Shown here in pieces: positions 37,790 to 57,862 of a stretch of DNA of 64,000 nucleotides. Where the stretch lies: the NCBI RefSeq assembly GCF_000315625.1, contig NW_005434662.1, positions 1 through 64,000 on the forward strand. The letters are read 5' to 3'. The notes beneath the pieces are model-generated. The model was not told the DNA's origin. It worked only from the letters and a program-made list of their open reading frames with translations, and ran no database searches. The translations under genes were made by a program, and so were the position numbers. Every line of letters begins with the position of its first letter. The first letter of the stretch is position 1. The DNA is from Guillardia theta CCMP2712. Lineage: Eukaryota; Protista; Cryptophyta.

Positions 37790-38040
37790 CATCATGGCGC
37801 TGAGTCGCCCGAAATTCGTCTGGTGCCAGCCTAGTAGGATCACTCGATTTCCGTTGGTCGGTCCAGTACCAGTACCTCAAAATTACTCAACAGCCCGGCC
37901 TTGGAACCAAGGCGGCGGTTCACGGTCACTGACCGTGCAAGAGCCGGGCCCGGCCCACGGCCCGGCGATCGGCGATGATCATGCCTATCGGATCGGGCCT
38001 CCGGTCCGGCTGTTGAGCGGCAGGTCGGGCCAACCCCTCT
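37790..38040. other. GC-rich intergenic island 5
   Basis: gccgggcccggcccacggcccggcgatcggcgatgatcatg motifs between divergent genes. Confidence 0.6.
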
Positions 38041-38079
38041 GCACTTTGTTGCAGGCCTGCTTTCGACCACCTCTCATTT

Positions 38080-39365
38080 GGTGGGAAATGAAGGGGGTAC
38101 TTTATGTGGGCCTTCAGGCAGGCATCATGGCTGGGGTACAGTATAGTATCAAGTTGATCTAAGTGAGGAACTAGTAAAAATTGCATATCCTCTTACCCTG
38201 CATTCAACGCTCCAAATGACCTCGCAGGCTTCCCACCCTACCCTGCTTCTAATGTGCCATCCCATGGACCCCCTCTAGTGCTTCGGTTTCCGTTGCCCCT
38301 ACATCACCGTCGCGTCATCATCCACCCTCCATTGTTCCTATGACAAGCACCGGTACTCAATGAGAAGCACCACCCCACCCCTCTCCTTGAATAGCTTATT
38401 TCACCCCACCCCATCTCTGAACTGTATGTGACCCTCGGCACAAAGCGTCGCAATTCAACAGTGAGTCATTGGCTGTACCCCTCCCCTCCCACCCCACCCT
38501 AGATACTTGATCACCCCTATGTTCCAGACATAGCCCATGGTGACCCCATGGTGAAAGAGTCACGTGCAAACAAAAAGCACATTGGTCCGGGAGGAGAGAA
38601 CCAGATGGTATGGGGTAGCCTCTCAGAACTTAGGAGGCTACTTAGAAAACTACAGTGGGTAAGGTACAAAGTGCATGACCTGTTCATGAGCGCCTGTACA
38701 TAAAGGCTCACATGCAATTGAACCCAAGGCAATGGGTGGGGGTGATCTTTGAGTTGGTACCTAGTTTCATCACCGGTCATTGTGTGTCCAGGGGTGTTTT
38801 CCAAAGCAAAGGGGTGGGGGAGGTGTGCCTGCTTCTAGAAGGATACATGTGGGTGGATGAATGACTGGGGGTGATGCGTCCGAGAGGGATAAATTTGATG
38901 GGTGGGGTCCAGTGATCATCCAAATATGGGGGTGCTTTACTGAGCCAAAATAGTATTATGAGAGGGTAGGTCATGAGGGTCCAGCCGACATGCAAATCGG
39001 ATATTGTGGATTGGGGGTAGGGGTAGCTATGTGAGGGGTCCACAAAAGAAGTGATGGGGGTGGGATATGAAGGGGTCATGAAGGACACGGGTGGTAAGTT
39101 TGTGGATCTCAGAGAGGAGCCAGTGGTAGGGGTAGGGGTAGGGTCATTGTTTGACAGCAAGGGTCCTCATCAAGCGGACCATTAAATGTTAGGGGTTAAA
39201 TGAGGAAAAGGAATAAAGGATGGTCTGGGGGTGGGTGAAAATATATAACGAAAGGGGGTGATGCCAATTTAAGCTTGTAAAGTGAGGTGGGTGAAAATTT
39301 GAATGTGGGTAGGGTCTATTGAGGACCGGTACTTTGATTTTTGTGCAGGGATGGGGTAGGGTGGT
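38080..39365. other. GGGGT(A/G)G / C(T/C)ACCCC motif-rich intergenic tract
   Basis: Many short G-runs; C-rich on + in the first part, G-rich in the second; no credible ORF. Confidence 0.6.
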
Positions 39366-39820
39366 TTGCCAAACTTCCTCCCGCGCAGTCCTCTCTCTCC
39401 CGCCCTTCTTTCCATATCCATGTCGTGCTCGCTCTGTTTCTGATTGCTTGCCCTGCTCTTGCCTCCTGCGTCAAGTGCTAAAGAACAGTTGTATTCAAGT
39501 CAGCATGCTGTAACACGATATCCTCAAATCTCTCTCTTTCTCCTCTCTTCGCTCTCGAAAGTTTCAAACTGACGGAAACGTGGGTCTAACAACAACCTTG
39601 TCATTTCGTTCTCTTTCATGCTTTCAGTCGAATGTTGCCATGAAGTACTCAAGCTTGATCAAAGCGAATCCCTCAACTTGGTTTCCCTCTACAAACTGTT
39701 CTTTGTAAAAGCTCTATGTCAGTGCGAAAGTGTAGTTGTGCTCTGCGAGTGTTTGTTGGTTTCTCTAATTTGCATACTGATTGTTGAAGCCCCTCAAATC
39801 TCATTCATGTAATTGGTTCC

Positions 39821-42800
39821 ATGACACGTGTTGAAGAGAAACCTTCACGGCGCAATGAAAACTCGACTGACATCCTAGTTTTGCTTGAGCAGGCAGCGGC
39901 TTTCTCGGCAATGCTTGCCTTTGGTTTGAAATTACCAAACCAGGTCAAGAAGGGAGCAGCAGAGATTCAGCATGAGGAAAAGAAGGCAAGAGGAGAGCTA
40001 GTAGACTATGTCGACCCTACAGCCCACCTTCCCTGGAAGAAAAACAAAGGTGGTACATGGGGTGTACAATCAAACGCTCCTCAACAAAGTAACCCTCCCC
40101 ATTCATCTCCACATGCACCCCCCAAGGATAAGAGTAAACCTGCCTGGAATGTAGAGAATATCCAACAACCACCTCAATTATCTCTCGAGGATGAGCTTGC
40201 CAAGGTTTGTTCCCTTTTGTTTTTGTTTTTGTGAAAGGTTCCTCCTTACAACATGATCAGGAGAATCCTACTTCCCCCAAAGCAGCACCTACATCTCCAA
40301 AGGTTGCAAAGCCTGCATGGGGTGGTGCGGGGCTTCCAAAAGCGCCTGTTGAGATTAAGAAAGAAATTCCTTCGTTCTCAGGGTCCGCCTGGGCTGATGA
40401 ATGCGACGACGATGATGACGATGTTGAAGTCAAGAAACCTGTCCAGACTTCCTCAAGTCAACCCGTGTCTGATTTTTCGTCGAATGGGTCTCGATTCTCA
40501 GGTGCAAGGGTACCTTTTGCAGTCCATCCTGATGGCGATAGAACTAGAGAACGTGAAATGGACCCTACAGACAGCATGTTTAGGGGCGAAAGGAATGGTG
40601 TAAACGATCGTGGATTCGGTAACCGTAGAGAACATTACGAAAGATTCACTGATCGGCGAGAACAATTTGAAAGAGACTTCGAAAGACATGGTTATCAGAA
40701 AGGTTTTGAGCGAAGGGGATTAGATGATCGTTCAGCAGCTTTTGATAGATTCCGTGGATCTCAGGAGCGGGAACGAGGTTATTATGATCGAGACAGGGTC
40801 ATGCACGAACGAGAGAGAATTATGTACGATCGCGAAAGAGGACCTGCTTGGAATTCATCACATGATCAATGGAAACAAGGAAGGCAAGGTTTTCGTTCTG
40901 ATCCTTTCGATGGAGGTAGATCCTTTGATGGAGGCAGGCACGCAGGGGAAGCTTTCGAGAGGAACTTCCGTGACGATGGTGCCTACAAACGTGATCAAGT
41001 GGACACAGAGAGAAGTTCCATGGATGTTTCCCGAGATAGGATGGGAACTGAAGGATCCTCATCAAGATCTGGTTTTGTCGGGAGAACGCCTGACAATAGA
41101 TCACTGTACCAACCAGGGCAAGGTGCCCGGGGGCCGATTGAAACGACCAAACGATTGGATGGAGAAATGCCTCGAAATCCAGAACAAGATACGCTCCGAA
41201 GGGACAGAGCAGGAAGTACTGAAGCATTGGAAAGACAAATTTTGACTCAGGATGGAACTTCAAATGTGTTGATTGACCAAGGTCGAATTAACACCACTGA
41301 AGGAAGAGTTGAAGATGCGAATCCGAGATCTTCAGGGGAGCTGACAGACTCCAGGAATACTCCAGCATCACGCCACGACAAAAATGTTCAGGATCGGATC
41401 ACAAAGTCACAGCATGATCCCGAGGATCCAACCTGGGCGAAATTAGGCAGGGAACGACAAAATGAACCCCTAGAGAAATCTCCAACTTTGAGTCCTTCAA
41501 AGCCTCCAATCGCCATTATGAGAAGGCCGAATAAGGATCTTGCTAATCCAGAGATTGAAAGCGAACGGCATGCTGTGCTGCATAGTGATCAAAAAGCAAG
41601 TTGCACAAATAATTTATCTGCGTCCAAGCATCTGATCAAAGAGGTCAATACTACAACACGTGTGGAGCACACAGGTCTTTGAAAATCTTCTTCATTACTT
41701 TTTAACTTTCAATGTAGAAGAGAGTTCGACCTCGATCGGACCTCCTGTCTCAACGAATCCGACAAACTCAATCAAGGTATGTCATATTTTGATATTTTGA
41801 CCTGTGCCGCGTCAATCAAACAGTTGTGACGGTTCACTTGCAGGTGGATTCTGATCGAGAGGCGAAACAAATTTCAAGACCGAATTCAGATCCTATCAAC
41901 CAATCCTTGAACACAATTTCTGTACTGACTCGGGATCAAGATATCTCGAAACAAGGTACACCGTCAACTCGTTGTCGTCGAGTACATGCAATTGATAAAG
42001 TTTCAGATGTGCATGGCAACAATCCTGGAGAGAAGAAAATTGAAATTCTACCGAGATCTGTGGATGAAACGAAAGATGAAATTCTGACCGTCTCAGGAAG
42101 TAGGAAACATGATGATAATATGAAGCGGAGTCAAAACCATCACAATGAAGCGATTCAGCGTTATCAACCAAAGCAGATGCGCCAACGCAATACGGTATTA
42201 ATTTCTGCGTCAGAGACGGCAGTGGAGACCCTTCCAAAGCTACCCGAGCAGTCGCATGGTGAAGTCACATCAGGTGTAAATCCACCGAAAGATCTCAATT
42301 CACACGAAAAAGATGGAAGTCAAACGGTGAAATACAGCAAGAGTGGCAAAGTGTTAAAGACGGAGGCAAAAAGGAATATTGTCATACAGTCGGTTGAAAG
42401 CGTCATCGACTCGAACAATGACTCTCAACTCAATCATTCAAATTCTTTACAACTCAACAAGAGCAAGCAGGACAAGGGTCATAGGAGTGGAGTGATCCAT
42501 GAGATCGTGCCAGGCACAGACCTGCAGTGCGAGCCTGCGAAGGAAGTACAATCTAAGGGACAGGCACAGAAAATCCAATCCCAGCAGCATTTTCCAAAAG
42601 CAAATAATCCAAAACAGCAAAAGCAGAGGCCGAACAGTGCAATCCAACGACAACAGCAGCCTGTTGTAAAAGAGTCGCAATTTCAAACACAGCCAGCACA
42701 GCAATCAGTGGATAAGGGCAATGGGGCCAGAGACAACAAGAAGTCAGATGCTGACGACGAAAATATGAAACAACAAACAATGAAGATAAAACAGCACGCA

Positions 42801-43766
42801 ACAGCTGTAAAAAGCCCAAACTCAGCTGAAGGCCAGCCTCAAGGAGATCAGGTCAAGAAGCAACACAACTCTGGTCAACCTGCACAAGTAAATCGAGAAA
42901 AGCAAGTTGCTCCTTCCAAAGGAAACGCAGTAGTGCAATCTGAACAGGAGGGTGCAAATGTTCCTCCAGGGCGTGCAAGGGCATCTACACCAAGGAACAA
43001 ATACGGTAAAGGCGTGAATGTGGAGCAAGATCGTTCAGAAAAAGTTTTGGTAGCTGATGAGTCCTTGGCAAAGGATGTTGCAGGACAACCTGAAGAAACC
43101 AAAGCTGTCCATGGAGGTGACAACAGGAAGAAATTTGGTCGTGACAAGATCAAGACACCGCATTCTGAACAGGACCAAAGCTCAACCAAGAGCAAACATG
43201 CTTTGCAGTCAGCAGAGTCGAACAACTCGAACTCAAGTGCAATGGGCAAAGAAAATTCAGAATTGGAGGAAGCGGCAAAGCATCCCAGGAATAAGGAAAG
43301 ATCGATCGAACACTATGTTCCTCCCAAACTTCGACAGCAAAGGTCACAACCTAAAGAGCAGGCCCAGGAGGATTTACAACAGGATGGGCAGAATGCCCAA
43401 TCCAATCCATCAGTAGATGGTTCGCAAAAGCCTCTTAAAGGAGTCGACAACAAGAAGAACCGCAAGATCAACAGAGACTCTGCACCTTTTTCTGATGTTC
43501 CTGCGGATGGAAAGCTTCAGAATCAGGAGCCAAAATATTTGCCTGGTGAGAGCAACGGGAATGTTGTCAGCTGTAGTGCGCAAGAAGCTGGCGATTCAAA
43601 GGGCGAGGAAGGTCCTCAGACAAGCTCGTCGACGACGCGGGTGACTTTTGTGTGCGCATACGAAGTTAGAATACTCATGTTGAGTGTGCAGGGCTTTCGT
43701 CCGAGGGGGAGAGGAGGCAGCCGCTTTCGTGGGCGCGGAGGTCACAAACCAGCTATCGCAACATGA
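39821..43766 (+). CDS. Large intrinsically disordered protein with R/D/E/G-rich region and C-terminal RGG box, multi-exon
   Basis: Three long ORFs linked by short introns; KPAW repeats, SAWADECDDDD, HYVPPKLR, GFRPRGRGGSRFRGRGG; start uncertain. Confidence 0.65.
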
Positions 43767-43924
43767 TGAAGTTTCAGTGCATTGTAGTTGCGACGCCTCC
43801 CCGGCGGCGATGCCCACCGTCACGTGATCAGTGATACGTGAGTGGAAGCCTTGAACAGTTTCAAGTCTCAGTGTTGTCACAGTGTAGCAGTATATTATCA
43901 CAGAGTCAGTTCAAATGAAGCATC

Positions 43925-44090
43925 TCAGTCCGAATCACTCCCTGGCCGCGGGCGACGGTCACCGGGGCAGTCCGTACGGTCACGGTGACTCAGTCACAGC
44001 AGCGGCGGGGCCTCAGCCTCTAACGGTGGCAATCCCGGCGCCGGGCGGCCCGGACAACTGCACGCCGCCGTTACATTGGCCGTTACATTA
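43925..44090. other. Short GC-rich intergenic island 6
   Basis: ggtcacggtgactcagtcac and cccggcgccgggcggcccgg motifs, upstream of the 45299 gene. Confidence 0.6.
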
Positions 44091-45298
44091 TCAGTTGACC
44101 TCTTTAGCCATGAACCAAAAAGGTACCAAGAATAGCAGGAGGTTGAAACCCTTGTGATCCCCTACCCCCTAATATACAGGTAAATATAGGGGTACTTCAA
44201 TACCCCATTCAACTCTTCTGCCCGTGTTAAATGAGGGTGGTGCTCTAACGCCACCACCCCTTTATTCCCCAACTTGACTTGTGAGAAAGTACCTGGTAAT
44301 TTAGCTGAAAATTGTGGGTAAATTATGGGTAGTGGTCACTACCCCACCACCCTCATAGAATTCCTCTTCGCGACGAAGGGCCGAACCACCCTAACGGCTC
44401 CTAAGGCACGAACCCCTGTAAAGATTCCCAACAAACTATTCATTCACCCCTTCTAATCACTACAATAGTACCCGTATCAAATATAGTTTCTACCACCCCC
44501 ACCTGGTCTAATTCTCTCAAACAGCTCCGACCCCCTAGGCTGTCACCTAATTGTTGGAAGTTCACCCGGCCCCCACCCCACCCTCCTCTTCTAGTCAGGA
44601 AGGATCGTATTGGGCCCATCACCACCCACCCTAAGGTCCGGACCCCATGTGCCTGAAAATTGATGATTCGACTCCCCCAATTAAATTCAAATACCTTGAA
44701 ATTTCGCCTTTCATTTTGAACATTTGTACAACATTTGACGTCAACTCTGATTTTCAAAGTCAACTTGAGGACGACCCAGCCAATTTTCTGAAAACAGAGT
44801 ATCATTCATGAATGAATGAGTTTTCGTCTTGAAATCAAAACGTCGATGCGGCCATTCAGATATTGTGGTCAAATGTATGTAGTAAATAAGATAATTTGAC
44901 CGTTTCAGTCTCTAATTTTGGCTCTGATAATGCGACTACTAAATATTACTACACATGAGACCTCTTGGTATGTAGTAATTTGTGTCAGCTTTCCAGTCTC
45001 ACGCCAACTTTCTTTAGCATTTGAGTACCCCACCACACATACCCCACCCCTAGATACCTTCAGCGCCAACTCCCCATCGCAGAATCTCCATATCCACACT
45101 TGCTCATCCTCCTGCTCCCGTTCCCGCTGCTTCTGGTCTACAGCTTGCCTCTGCTTCCTCTACCTCTTACTTCTCATCTTGTCCCTTTTGAAACTCGATT
45201 CGTGCTATCTAGCACTGTTTCAAGTTCTAGTCCCTCACAGCCCCACCTTTCGTGCTAGCTCGAGTACATCTGTCGCCATCGTTTTTCCTTCCTGCACC

Positions 45299-45970
45299 AT
45301 GGCTTCCCTTTCAGTTCTCGTGCTCCTCTTGTCCTTCTCTCTCTCAGATGCCTTCGGTCCTTCCCCGACCTCCCTTCACTTCGGTCGAAACCTCCCGACA
45401 ATGCGCAGAGGGATCAACGAGGACCTCAAGATGTCCATGGGTGGTTCCCCCATCCTCCACTTGCTCCTTCCCTGCATGCACAAACTCTCGGGCTTCACCA
45501 AGAAGATCGCGCCATCCTTGTCGCTGAATCTCCACCGGTGAGACTTGGACCTTTGATGATTAGCTTCCTGCTAACGATCCTCGCAGTGATTCCTACGTGG
45601 ATCGATGGTGGATCGCTGGGAGCTCTGAGAAGCGCAAGGAGAGGAGGCAGCCTGTAGAGCAGGAGCAGAAGGCGCAAGTTTGTCAGCTCCTGTCAGTCCA
45701 GCAGCTCATGACGAAGAAGAGGCTCGCTGAGGTTTACCTGGGGATGAGCATGGTGAGCCAGGTACAAGCTTATCCTGCCTCTCCTCTCCCGTGCTGATGT
45801 CCTTGCGCCAGGAGTTCATCAAACCCGAATCTTTGATTGTAGATGGGAGGAGGAACGAGCAGGGAGAAGTAGTTGCACATAAGTACCTTGACAAGCTCCT
45901 GCAAGGCGTGCCGGACGTTCAGCAGCAGAAGCAGAGAATCAACGACAGCGTGGAGTCAAGCCAGCTATGA
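45299..45970 (+). CDS. Small plastid-targeted hypothetical protein, multi-exon
   Basis: MASLSVLVLLLSFSLSDA-FGPSPTSLHFGR: signal peptide, Phe at +1 and transit peptide. Confidence 0.65.
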
Positions 45971-46333
45971 TTCGATTCCGTGCAGCACTTTTTCTTGATT
46001 CAAAGATGTCAAGATTTTCCTTTCAACTGTTCATAGCCTGCTAACCATGTTTCATGTGCATTTTTCCATTAAATTCAGAGTTAATTTTATCATGTTTCAG
46101 TTAATTTCATTCAGATACATCTTTCAACCAAAAATTTACAGCACTGGAAGGGAGGGACAATCTTGGATGCCCTGTATGCAGCAGGAGCAAAAGGAGGAGG
46201 AGGAGGAGGAGGAGAAGGAAAAGACAGTAGTGAGGAGGAAGAGAGCTATACAGATCATGATAGCGTGCTTCCATCCTTGCCCACCCACGACACATGGGCG
46301 CCAGGAACGAGCTCGAATGCTCCCAGCCATGCT

Positions 46334-48700
46334 TTAGTCTGTAAGCTTGTCAGCATGAGGCACGGGGAGCACGAGGGGGGAGGAGAATAACAATAGTGAG
46401 AGGAGAGGAACACAAGAGAATGAAGGAGCTTCGACGACCTCATCAACGGAGTTAGCGGATAGGAAGTGGGTTGTTCCCTTCTTGTTCAGCTCTCCAGTGG
46501 TCTTCACCGTGAAGACAGTCCCTGTCCACATATCAGAAGCGGCAAGCCTTGAGCGGGGACAGAAGGTGTAATAACAAGCAGAGGTAGAGAAAGAGGGAGC
46601 AGCAGAGGCGGTAGAAATGTTTGTGCCGAAGCCTCACCTTGCACAAACTGGATGGTCGCGTTGGTCACATGAACTTTTTCCACCTTCTCGTCCCTCTCTG
46701 TGAAACACAAGGTTGAGCAAACCCAACACAGCACACGCCGAGCTGGATACCAGCTGCATGCCGATCATGATACAACTCAAGGAGATAAGCGAAGTCGATG
46801 TCATGCTGTTTGCAGATGAGGACGCAGAAGCTGCGGCACCCAGGTAAGGCAACATTCCCTCCCACCCTCCCTCCCCAAACTCACTGGTCATGCCACTCCT
46901 TCTGCTTCTTCTGCAACCTCGCCAGGTGTCCCGCCATCAAGGAGCCAGGGAAGGCCGCGCGATCTTCCAGGCTGCTCACCGACATGGACGGCGACTTGGG
47001 GGCTGAGGACATGTAGTGAGCTTCTTGCCCGTGAGGCGCCAGCTGGTGCCCCTGCTGAGACGCGAGATGACTGGGCGAAAACTGAGGCTCGGGGTGACTT
47101 GGAGGGACGGCAGGAGGGACGGCTGGGTTCGAGGGGGCGGGGGCGTAGCTCGTATGCTCCTGCCACAGAGTCAACGAGGTCCAGGGCACCGCAAGGTCAC
47201 CGGCTCCTGCAGACCCTCCAGCTGGTAAGGCTGGTATAGCTGATCTACACGCGCTGAAGATGCCACCGGAATGTCCGTCGGGATCTCATCAAATTGATCT
47301 GCTGGACCAGGTCAGGCATCTTCCAGCTGCACCTGAGCTAACAGATTCGGTTCTCACCTGCTTCCCTGTGGGGGACCTGGTGGCCCATGGTGAAGGAGTG
47401 GGAGTGTGCTCCGACAGCAGTCATCCCCTCGTTCAGTACTGGCATGCTCGATGAGAACGCTCCCCTACTCAGGTCGATCGCATGCCCGCTAGACAGTACA
47501 GGTCCACCATCTGCTCTCAGTCCGTTTGCAGGAACGGGCATGGCGGAAGGTTGCAGAGCATGAGAGTCTTGGACTGGATAAGAAGGTGCAGGAGTAGATT
47601 TCCATTGTGTTTGCAAGGGAACATCTTCGTTGAGAATGCTTATCCTCCTTGGAGGCTCGGCAGGAATGACGCTGTTGCTGCTGCTCCCAGGTTTCCAAGC
47701 TGCTCCGACACTGACGTGGTTGTTCGTCTCGCTGCTCCAAGCAGGTTCTACAGGGTTTACCACCTCGAATTCTGAATCAGCTTCGTCTGCTTGCAAGTCT
47801 GGAATGACAAACGCTGTTTTCTCGTCATCAGTAGTCAAAACAGGCTCAGAAAGAAATACCTGAGGTTTTGGTCTGCTTCAAGGGAGGAGAAGCGGTGGGC
47901 TTCAGCAGGGTGTACACATTCTTCACTTCTAGATCAAGTTTGGGCAGCGATGTTGCTTCTTCCTTGTTCACATAAGTCTGATTGCTTGAGTTGTTCAATC
48001 TGACCATGGGCGAGAGGGGAACAGTCCTGTTGCCATTCCAGGAATTCTCAATCACAGGGCCATTCGATCCAATCGGACGGCTGAGAATGTCAACATTCTG
48101 GATACCCTGAGGAGGTGTATATCTATTGAATATGTCATTTCCATTCCCATTCTCAATGTTATTTTCGTTCTTCTTCTCATATCTCCCCTTGAACACGCGC
48201 TGTTGCTTGATTCGTACTTCCTCCTTGCGGATCTTAACCTGATAGTCGTGGATCAGAGGTGACTGTGCTTCTAGTTCTCCCAGGTTACAAACTACAGTGG
48301 AGTGAATCTCTTGTGTTGGTGGATTGTACAGTGCAAACGGCTCTCTCCCGTTCGCCTTTGGGGGAAGTCCATTAGCATGAGTTGCCTTGGAAATTGCTTT
48401 TTGCGGGTTCACAGGGTACATACTTGCAACCTCATTCAGCTTCTGCGTGTTGATCTGGGGCTGCGGGATGTCATAGCCGTAGGGGATGTCGTAACTGATG
48501 GATTCATGATACTCAGCGCTGTCGTCTGCGGCACGCGATCCATTCCCGGATGACGCTGACCTAAGGCTGGTAGCTTGCGGGAGCGAACTCCTGCCCTGTG
48601 GAAGTGACGGAGGCGCATCATGTGATGTATGACCGTCTAGAAGTCGATCCGGGTGAGAATCGGACTTCCTGCCCTTGAACAGACGCTTGAGAAACCCCAT
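46334..48700 (-). CDS. Hypothetical protein with disordered N-terminus and a small globular C-terminal domain, multi-exon
   Basis: MGFLKRLFKG start (possible myristoylation); ORFs 47846..48700, 47338..47838 and downstream exons with GT-AG boundaries. Confidence 0.55.
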
Positions 48701-49261
48701 CTTCAGACTTGCCTCGAATCCTTTCTCATACCTCTCCCCCGAGCTTCTCCCTTGCTAAAACGCAGAGATACTCTATCCAAACAAGAGAGAGAAGGATTCA
48801 ACTCCAAGAGCTTCGATCCCTGCACAGCAATGTACAAGCTTCTTTTCTGATATGCTGGAACTGGGCAGGTGCCGTTATGGTGTCGCAAACTAGAGGCTTT
48901 AGTTCTTCACCAATCGTAGAGGTCTCGAGGTCACTGGCAGGACGGTATGTTGTGGAGGGCAAATAGATAGATGGGTGCAAGCAGTGAGAAGGGTTCAGAA
49001 AGCTCAACTGTGAGGTAAAGAGGGATGTGCTTGTTAAATAGCTGTAGGAGCTTGAAACGAAGAAGTGCAGCCAGGTTGACCGATTGTGGAGAAGAGAGAG
49101 TGGGAGGACGATGAGGACGGAGGATACAGACTGCAAGGACAAGGAAGTCGGAGAGGGAGAAAGAGAAGCTTCGAAAGAGAAGGGAGAGCAGCACTGCTAG
49201 ATGCGCTTGTTGCCTAGCCGATGCTGCATGAAGGATGAAGACGGCAAGGGGTAGTAGCAAG

Positions 49262-49992
49262 GCATCAGGGGGGTACTAGGTATATCCATAGGGTCCCATC
49301 GGCCACTTTACCCATGACTTTAGGGGTGGTAGATCGTGTCTCGTTTATACAAAGTGCAAGGGGTGGGTACTTAGGTCTATTGGGAAGGGGTACCAGAAAT
49401 TATCACCGGTTATCGTTTGAAAGATTGGGGTCCAAATATACTTTGTTGGAGAGTGCAGGGGTAGGTCAACAAATCTTGAAGGGGTGGGTTTCAGAATGAG
49501 GGTGGTGTGCATTCCGATGGGGTAGTCTCCTGTCAAATTAGGGTACCACAAGAAGGAAACAGGGGGTGTATACCATGAGGGGTAGTGTCAATTACTGGAA
49601 AATGAGGGGTAGTGAGAAATGAAGGGTCATTGGGTGGGGTAGATTTTACAGGGGGGTAGGGGTGAAACTTTCGGAGAGACTCTGGGACGATGATTGACCG
49701 AGGGTGGTCTAGGGGGTAGTAGCCTGGTCTAACGGCAGATCTTGAAGGTGGGGTAGATCATTGTGGCTGGGTGTGCAAAGGTAGGTAGTTTTCACCTAGA
49801 AAGAAGGGGTCGGGGAAACCTCGACCAGACAGGGGGTAGTTGGTGATGAGGGTGGTACAGCTGGGGGTGGAGTAGGAGGAATGGGGACTGGTGTGTAACC
49901 TAACGATGGGAGGAGGGTGGGTGGTTATGAGGGGTAAATGGAGCTCGAGAGATGGGTAGGGGTACTGGGGAGGTCGAGGATTGCAGGGGTAG
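49262..49992. other. GGGGTAG motif-rich intergenic tract
   Basis: Dozens of GGGGT/GGGTAG words on the + strand. Confidence 0.65.
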
Positions 49993-50099
49993 TGATTTCA
50001 CAAACTATTCAATTGTTATTTGAAAAACTTTACCAGAAATACTTACAGTTTGAACACAAAACCGGAAGGTTTGAGACTTTGGCTGAAACCATTTGACAG

Positions 50100-50785
50100 T
50101 GATGTCACCACACGTTGCCGGGTCACGGGGGTGCTCAATCGCAGACTGGCAGGCTTTGAGGGGTACTGACCGCGGCGGCTTCAGGCCGGTACCGGGGACC
50201 GTGACCCGGCCTACTAGGCCGCACGGTCCGGCGGGGCCCGGGCCGAGCCGCCTTACTACTACCGGCGGCGAGTTAGTTCCCTGCCAGTGCCAGCCTGGCA
50301 CTGGGCCGCCTGGGCCCCAGTCGAGTGGCACTGCGGCCCGGGCCCGGAGCGGCGGCGCCGATGATGGCGCCGGCGGAACTTCCCGGAATCCGGCGGCACC
50401 GGGGTGACCATCGGACATTACAGTGATGAGTCGTGGCACGGCGAGTCAACTTGGCTTAGGCTTCAAGGCTTGACAGTGACGGGCCCGGCCGCCCGGCCGC
50501 CGTTACGGCCCGGCAATCGCAGCCTGATTCAGTCACTGAGTGAAGTTCGGAGCTTCAAGTCAAGTTTTGCAACCGTTTAGTACTAACGGTTAGCAGGACA
50601 CGGTGACCCATCCCAGTCACTGAGTGACCGGGTGCCGCCACTGCGATGATAAAGCCCCGGCGGACCGTGCTCCGTGACTCCGAGGCCGCCGGGCCGAGTT
50701 TCAGTCGGCTGAGCGCTCGGCCCGGGCCGGACCGCCGCGCCGGGGCCGCCGGGGCCGGCGGCCACGGCGCCGCCGACTCGATGCC
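50100..50785. other. GC-rich palindrome-dense intergenic island 7
   Basis: CCGG/GGCC/AGTCACTGAGTGA motifs between divergent genes. Confidence 0.75.
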
Positions 50786-51298
50786 ATCAAAGTTTGGCGT
50801 CAGTTTGTAACTGTCTAGTCAGAAAGTTGTAACGGCGCCTCCGGAACATGTTTGGGCAGCGATCAGGCAGTGGGGATGGAGACGAACGGGAGAGGACGGG
50901 AGGGAGTTGGGACTTGTTGGACAGACTCAGAGGATACTGGCCTGGTAGACAGGAGCCTTGAAATAAGGACAGGGCCACGCATGTAAGGCGAAGAGGGAAG
51001 AAGGAGGCAGATATCAGGATGGCGCCAGTTCATCCTAGGAACAAGGGAGCCTGAGAGTTGAACGCAGGGAAGAACTTGGAAGATGATAAGAGGAGGAAGA
51101 TGAGAAGAGGAGAGGGCAAGGAGAAAGGAATGAGAAAGGAACCATGAACAAGGGAGGAAGCTATAGCATGTAGGAGTTGCTTTTTGAATCTGTCATCTCG
51201 CTCTAACTTGTTTTGAAACAGCAACGACAAAGAAATGTCTCTCTGCCTGTGCATGACCTTCACGCCCGTGCTATCCCAACAGGCTTGAACGAGTCTGC

Positions 51299-57650
<6,352 letters not shown>

Positions 57651-57862
57651 CTCCTCTCCTTTCCTTTCCTCTCCTCTCCTCTCCTTTCCTTTCCTCTCCT
57701 CTCCTCTCCTCTCCTCTCCTCTCCTCTCCTCTCCTCCCCAGTCCTGTCCTGTCCTCTGCTCTGCTCTCCTGTCCTCTTCTGTCCTCTCCTGTCCTGCTCC
57801 TTCTCCACCTACCTCCCTCTCCTCCTTGCTCTGTCTGCAGCCTTTCCCCCTGCTTCTCCTGC

